Positions 59,844 to 64,000 of a stretch of DNA of 64,000 nt are shown piece after piece. The stretch lies in NCBI GenBank assembly GCA_963736005.1, contig CAVTNB010000001.1, positions 1,728,001 through 1,792,000 of the forward strand. Reading direction: 5' to 3'. Under the pieces are notes generated by a model, which saw nothing but the letters and a program-made list of their open reading frames with translations, did no database searches and was not told the DNA's origin. This stretch comes from an uncultured Pseudomonadota bacterium. Lineage in GTDB: Bacteria; Vulcanimicrobiota; Vulcanimicrobiia; Eremiobacterales; Eremiobacteraceae. Numbering within the stretch: position 1 is the stretch's first letter; every line of letters starts with the position of its first letter. A program made the position numbers and the translations under genes.

Positions 59844-61027
59844 GAGCGTTGGTAAGCCGCGAGCGCGGCCGTCATCCGTTTGAGCGCTTCGCGCAGGTTC
59901 TCTTCCGAATTCGCGTACGAGAGGCGTAAGAATCCTTTGCCATGCGGTCCGAAGGTGGAGCCCCCGAGCACCGCAACCCCAGCTTCGTTCAAGAGATAGT
60001 TTGCGAGCTTGATGTCGTCAGGCTCGATCTTCGACGCGTTTGGAAAAACGTAGAATGCGCCGCCCGGCGTGCGACAGCTGAGGCCTGGAATCTTGTTGAG
60101 CCCTTCCACCAGAAGATTGCGGCGGCGTAAGAACTCATCGTGCATTGCCTGCACGGGTTCGTCTGGTCCATTGAGCGCGGCGATGCCAGCGTCTTGCACG
60201 AAGGTCGCCGTGCAAGAGACGGTATTGAGAATGAGCGCGGTGACGGCCTCCGCGATGTAGGCGGGCATGACAGCAAAACCAAGGCGCCATCCCGTCATGG
60301 CCCACGCTTTGGAGAAGCCATCGATGAGGATCGTGCGCTCCGGCATGCCAGCGAGCCCGTAATATGAGGCAAATTTGCGATCGTACGCGTGCCGGCTATA
60401 AATCTCATCGCTGATCACGAGGACGTCGTGCGCTGCGACGATTTTTGCGATGGCGGTGATGTCTTCGGCAGTCAAAATCCCGCCCGTAGGGTTGTGCGGC
60501 GAGTTGAGCACCAAAATTTTGGTCTTTGGCGTGATCGCCGCCTCAAGGGCAGACATTTCGAAACGAAAATCGCGCGACTCGAGCAACGGCAGCGACACCG
60601 GTTGAGCACCGACATACGTCACGATGGATCGGTAGGCCGGATAGGCAGGATCGGGGATGATGACTTCGTCGCCTGGATTGAGGAGGGCCATGAGAACGGC
60701 CGCGATGAGGGGTTTCGCGCCAGGTGCAACAACGATGCAGTCGGGCGTCACCGTGACGCCGCGCGTGCGCTTGACGTCCGCGGCGATCGCCTCACGCAGT
60801 TCCGCGATGCCGGCCGCCGGAGTATAATGGGTGCGATTGGCGCGCAACGACGCTACTGCCGCGTCTTTGACATGCTGAGGCGTGTCGAAATCGGGCTCGC
60901 CGATTTCCAAGTGAATAATATTGCGGCCCTGTGCTTCGAGCGCTTTCGCTCGCGCCAGAACGACAAAGGCGCTTTCGGTGCCCAGGCGACGCATGGAATC
61001 GGCAAGGGCGAAGGTCGTTGCCTGCAT
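59840..61027 (-). CDS. PLP-dependent class I/II (aspartate-type) aminotransferase
   Basis: GEPDFDTP, NSPHNPTG, SDEIY, GFSKAWAMTGWRLG, GAFYVF; ATG 61027 with GAGGAG SD. Confidence 0.93.
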   Translation of the reverse strand: MQATTFALADSMRRLGTESAFVVLARAKALEAQGRNIIHLEIGEPDFDTPQHVKDAAVASLRANRTHYTPAAGIAELREAIAADVKRTRGVTVTPDCIVVAPGAKPLIAAVLMALLNPGDEVIIPDPAYPAYRSIVTYVGAQPVSLPLLESRDFRFEMSALEAAITPKTKILVLNSPHNPTGGILTAEDITAIAKIVAAHDVLVISDEIYSRHAYDRKFASYYGLAGMPERTILIDGFSKAWAMTGWRLGFAVMPAYIAEAVTALILNTVSCTATFVQDAGIAALNGPDEPVQAMHDEFLRRRNLLVEGLNKIPGLSCRTPGGAFYVFPNASKIEPDDIKLANYLLNEAGVAVLGGSTFGPHGKGFLRLSYANSEENLREALKRMTAALAAYQRS

Positions 61028-61109
61028 CAAACTGCTCCTCAATGCGGGGATATGTACGGTTTTCGCGCCTGAGAAGAAGCGTCCCTGGAGTGGTTCGTGC
61101 GCAGCGCGT

Positions 61110-63014
61110 TTAGTCGCGAATGCCTGTTCCGTTTGGCCCGGCGCTTCGAATATGGAAATACGACTGTACGATTGCTTGGGCAACGGGAGCCGCGTTGACC
61201 GCACCAAAGCCGCCACTTTGATCCATGAACACGACCACGGCAATCTGGGGATGGTCGTATGGAGCGAAGCAAACAAACCAAGCGTGATTGCGGCCGGAGG
61301 GATTGTCGATCGTAGGTACGTTCTCGGCAGTGCCGGTTTTGCCGGCGTAGTGAAAGCCCGGAATAAAGACGTTGTGCGCCGTGCCGTAGTCGCTCTCGAT
61401 GGCGCCCAGCATGCCACGGCGAATCAGCGCGAGGTCGTCGTCCGAAACGGGCACGTGGCCTTCGACCACCGACCCAAAACGTTGCACAATACGTCCGTGG
61501 GGATCTCGAATCTGGCTGACGAGATATGGTTGGTATAACGTGCCGCCGTTGGCAACCGCGCTCACGACCTTGAGCATTTGAATTGGTGACGCTTCAAGAT
61601 AGCCTTGTCCGATCGCCATATTGACGGTATCGCCCCCGTACCACTCGTCTTTGTAGACGCGTGCCTTCCACGCGGGCGTCGGCAAAATGCCGGTCGTTTC
61701 GCCCGGAAGATCGATGCCGGTTGTGTGACCGATGCCGTAGTCCGCCGCGTATGTATCGAGTCGATCGATACCCAGCTCGTGACCAACCTGATAGAAGAAG
61801 ACGTCGCACGATTGGGTGATTGCGGTCGGGATGTCGAGCGTTCCGTGTCCACCGGCGCGGTCGTCGTTAAAAATGTATCCGCCCAAATCGAAATCGCCGC
61901 CGCAAAAGCGCGTTGAAGCGGCGTTCATCATGCCGCTGCCGAGTGCGGCCGATGACGTAATCAACTTGAAAGTCGAGCCGGTCGGATATGCGCCCGAAAT
62001 CGCACGGTTAAAGAGAGAGTGAAGCGGGTCGTTGAGATAGGCATCGTATTTCTTTTGACTGATGCCGGCCGCGAAATCATTTGGATCGATGTTGGGCTGG
62101 CTGACGAAAGCCAAGATCGCTCCGCTGTTTGGATCTTCAACGATGGCGGCGCCCCCCGTGCGATGACCGATGCGCAATGCCAGCGCGTGGATCTGCGCGG
62201 CCATGGCGCTTTCGGCAGCTTCTTGCAGTCGCCAATCGACTGTGAGCACCGCATCGTTGCCAGGGATCGCCTGGAAGCCGGTGACCTCGGCCACCGCCTC
62301 GCCCGCGGAGTTCACTTTGATGCGACGCCCGCCTTCGCGTCCGCGCAGCCAACGATCGTACGTATACTCCAGACCGTCTTCGCCCACCACGTCATTAGGC
62401 CCGTAGCCGGCTGATCTGCGCTGTTTGTACTCCTCCTCCGTAATCTGACCGACGTAGCCGAGAAAATGCGACCCCAGGGTGTGGTGCGGATACTGCCGCA
62501 CCGGGATGAGCTCGACGCCCATGCCTGGGAAGCGATCTGCGCGTTCGGAAAACCTAGCGACCTCTGTTGGCGTGAGGTCTTCTGCAATGTTGATGGGACC
62601 AAGCGGTATACTGGTCGTGAGGGCGTCGAAGTCCGGATAGCCGACGCCATTTTGATTGAGGAGGCGATGCCACAGCTCGTCGGCCGGTAATCCGAGCAGC
62701 TGTGCTAACGCTGAGAGCTCGGCGTTCGGGTCTTTGATCTGCATCGGCACGATTTGCACGACGAACGAAGGCCGGTTGCGAGCGATGACGATGCCGCTGC
62801 GATCGTACAGCACGCCGCGAGGCGCGCTCACGGGAATCGTGCGCAACTGATTGAGATTCGCCAGGCGTTCGTAATAGGTGCCTTGGCCCAGCTGCAGCCG
62901 GGCAAGCGTTGCAATGAGAATGGCCAACGCCAAGGCGATGGCAACGCCGAACGCGACCATGCGGCGAAGGCGTGGCGCGGGCGCCTCTTCACGATGGAGG
63001 ATCGACCCGGCCAC
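61110..63014 (-). CDS. mrdA: Penicillin-binding protein 2
   Basis: APRG.LYDR, STFK, SCD and KTGT motifs; follows mreD. Confidence 0.95.
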   Translation of the reverse strand: MAGSILHREEAPAPRLRRMVAFGVAIALALAILIATLARLQLGQGTYYERLANLNQLRTIPVSAPRGVLYDRSGIVIARNRPSFVVQIVPMQIKDPNAELSALAQLLGLPADELWHRLLNQNGVGYPDFDALTTSIPLGPINIAEDLTPTEVARFSERADRFPGMGVELIPVRQYPHHTLGSHFLGYVGQITEEEYKQRRSAGYGPNDVVGEDGLEYTYDRWLRGREGGRRIKVNSAGEAVAEVTGFQAIPGNDAVLTVDWRLQEAAESAMAAQIHALALRIGHRTGGAAIVEDPNSGAILAFVSQPNIDPNDFAAGISQKKYDAYLNDPLHSLFNRAISGAYPTGSTFKLITSSAALGSGMMNAASTRFCGGDFDLGGYIFNDDRAGGHGTLDIPTAITQSCDVFFYQVGHELGIDRLDTYAADYGIGHTTGIDLPGETTGILPTPAWKARVYKDEWYGGDTVNMAIGQGYLEASPIQMLKVVSAVANGGTLYQPYLVSQIRDPHGRIVQRFGSVVEGHVPVSDDDLALIRRGMLGAIESDYGTAHNVFIPGFHYAGKTGTAENVPTIDNPSGRNHAWFVCFAPYDHPQIAVVVFMDQSGGFGAVNAAPVAQAIVQSYFHIRSAGPNGTGIRD

Positions 63015-63020
63015 GCTTAA

Positions 63021-63596
63021 TTACTTCCGCGCATGCGCGATGGCTCGTAAGGCAAGCAACGTTATCGCGGCTGCCACCGCGTTGAGCAAGACTTGCCAAA
63101 GCAACTCATGCGAGTAGCGGTGGAACATGCCGCGTTCGCCCAGCCCTACTTCCATAACGAGGTAGGTCACGATGCCGCGCACGATCGTGGCGCCGGCCAC
63201 GGCCGACACAAAAACGGGCAGCGAGTCAGAGAAAAACGACGTGTTGAGCAATCCTGCGCCGAAGCCGACGAGCGTTGCACCAAGGACGTTTGCTCCGCCG
63301 CTTCCTAAACCATCCTCAACGAGCCCGGCACCGAAGCCCAAAATGCCGCCGGTGGTCACGCCGCAACGCAACCCTGTCCACACGAGAAGGACCGTGAGCA
63401 GACTCGGGTGCGCTCCACCCAATGAAACGGAGCGCAGAATCGTGGACTGCGCAACGATAGCGCACAGTGCAAGCGCGGCCAACCAAACAAACTTGGGTCG
63501 CACGGAGACTTCGGCGTCTTGGGGGCGAACCCGTTCGCGAGGCTGCGCCCCCTCCGGGCGAAGGCGGTGCGTTGCCGCCGGGGTCAACGAGCTCAT
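63021..63596 (-). CDS. mreD: Rod shape-determining protein MreD
   Basis: Hydrophobic protein with G...GF.AGL..D; between mreC and mrdA. Confidence 0.85.
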   Translation of the reverse strand: MSSLTPAATHRLRPEGAQPRERVRPQDAEVSVRPKFVWLAALALCAIVAQSTILRSVSLGGAHPSLLTVLLVWTGLRCGVTTGGILGFGAGLVEDGLGSGGANVLGATLVGFGAGLLNTSFFSDSLPVFVSAVAGATIVRGIVTYLVMEVGLGERGMFHRYSHELLWQVLLNAVAAAITLLALRAIAHARK

Positions 63597-64000
63597 GATT
63601 TGCGAAGCACGAGCACGTGCGCGAGCCCGTTAAAATCGACCGCGGGGAAGACGACGGCGGATTGGTTCAGCGCGTTGTCCTTGCGGTCGACCTCGCGTAC
63701 CGTGCCGATGATGATGCCGCTTGGGTACACCTCGCCTTGCCCCGTGATGACCGCGTCACCGGCGCGCACCTTTACGTCCTGTCCAATGTATTTCATTCGA
63801 ATGTGTTGCCAAGTCCCTGTGGCGATCCCCCAGCTGCGAGCGTCTCGTAGGTACGCAGGCACGTTACTTGTCGGGTCGATGATGAGCAGCACGTGCGCGT
63901 CGTGAGCGCCCGCATCGACGACATGGCCCACGAGCCCGTCACCGTCGACCACCACGGCATCCAGACGCACGCCGTCGCGGAAGCCACGATCGATCTGGAT
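63593..64000 (-). CDS. mreC: Rod shape-determining protein MreC (5' end outside the window)
   Basis: IDRG..DGV, GLVGHV, GD.VITG...YPSGI.IGTV, PAVDF. Confidence 0.9.
   Translation of the reverse strand: MQIDRGFRDGVRLDAVVVDGDGLVGHVVDAGAHDAHVLLIIDPTSNVPAYLRDARSWGIATGTWQHIRMKYIGQDVKVRAGDAVITGQGEVYPSGIIIGTVREVDRKDNALNQSAVVFPAVDFNGLAHVLVLRKS

Overview
A gene-dense, GC-rich bacterial chromosome segment spanning the replication origin. Its gene content points to a diderm member of the Terrabacteria, plausibly Eremiobacterota/WPS-2-like (inference only). From left to right: rodA (partial), minE, two tandem minD and minC; an M48 peptidase; recR, ybaB and dnaX; recQ; a long minus-strand outer-membrane cluster (tamB, bamA, three Skp/OmpH genes, lpxD, lpxC, fabZ, lpxA, lpxB, a metallophosphoesterase, an LpxB-like protein, waaL, lptC, lptB, lptF/G, DUF3084, yqgF, a beta-barrel, a TPR protein, GT4) lying directly downstream of dnaA-dnaN-recF-dciA-gyrB; a bipartite oriC with DnaA boxes and a trio-like unwinding element; rpmH-rnpA-yidD-yidC-jag-mnmE-mnmG-rsmG; a free-standing LAGLIDADG-fold gene whose start overlaps two tandem parS sites; cca, parA, parB; a GH57-like exported protein; thiD, trpS, an aminotransferase; and mrdA-mreD-mreC. 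The strongest candidates for new biology are (1) the parS-overlapping LAGLIDADG protein that lacks its catalytic acid, (2) a UshA-type metallophosphoesterase with an LpxH-like GNR motif coupled to lpxB, which may supply the missing LpxH/I/G step, and (3) a two-MinD Min system. Also notable are a YidC with a zinc ribbon, a GH57 pseudo-enzyme, a RecQ with a Tudor-like tail, GTAG-type REP hairpins and a satellite DnaA-box cluster. dnaN is frameshifted, probably a sequencing error. I saw no rRNA, tRNA, CRISPR array or transposase. All calls come from motif recognition by eye, not from database searches.
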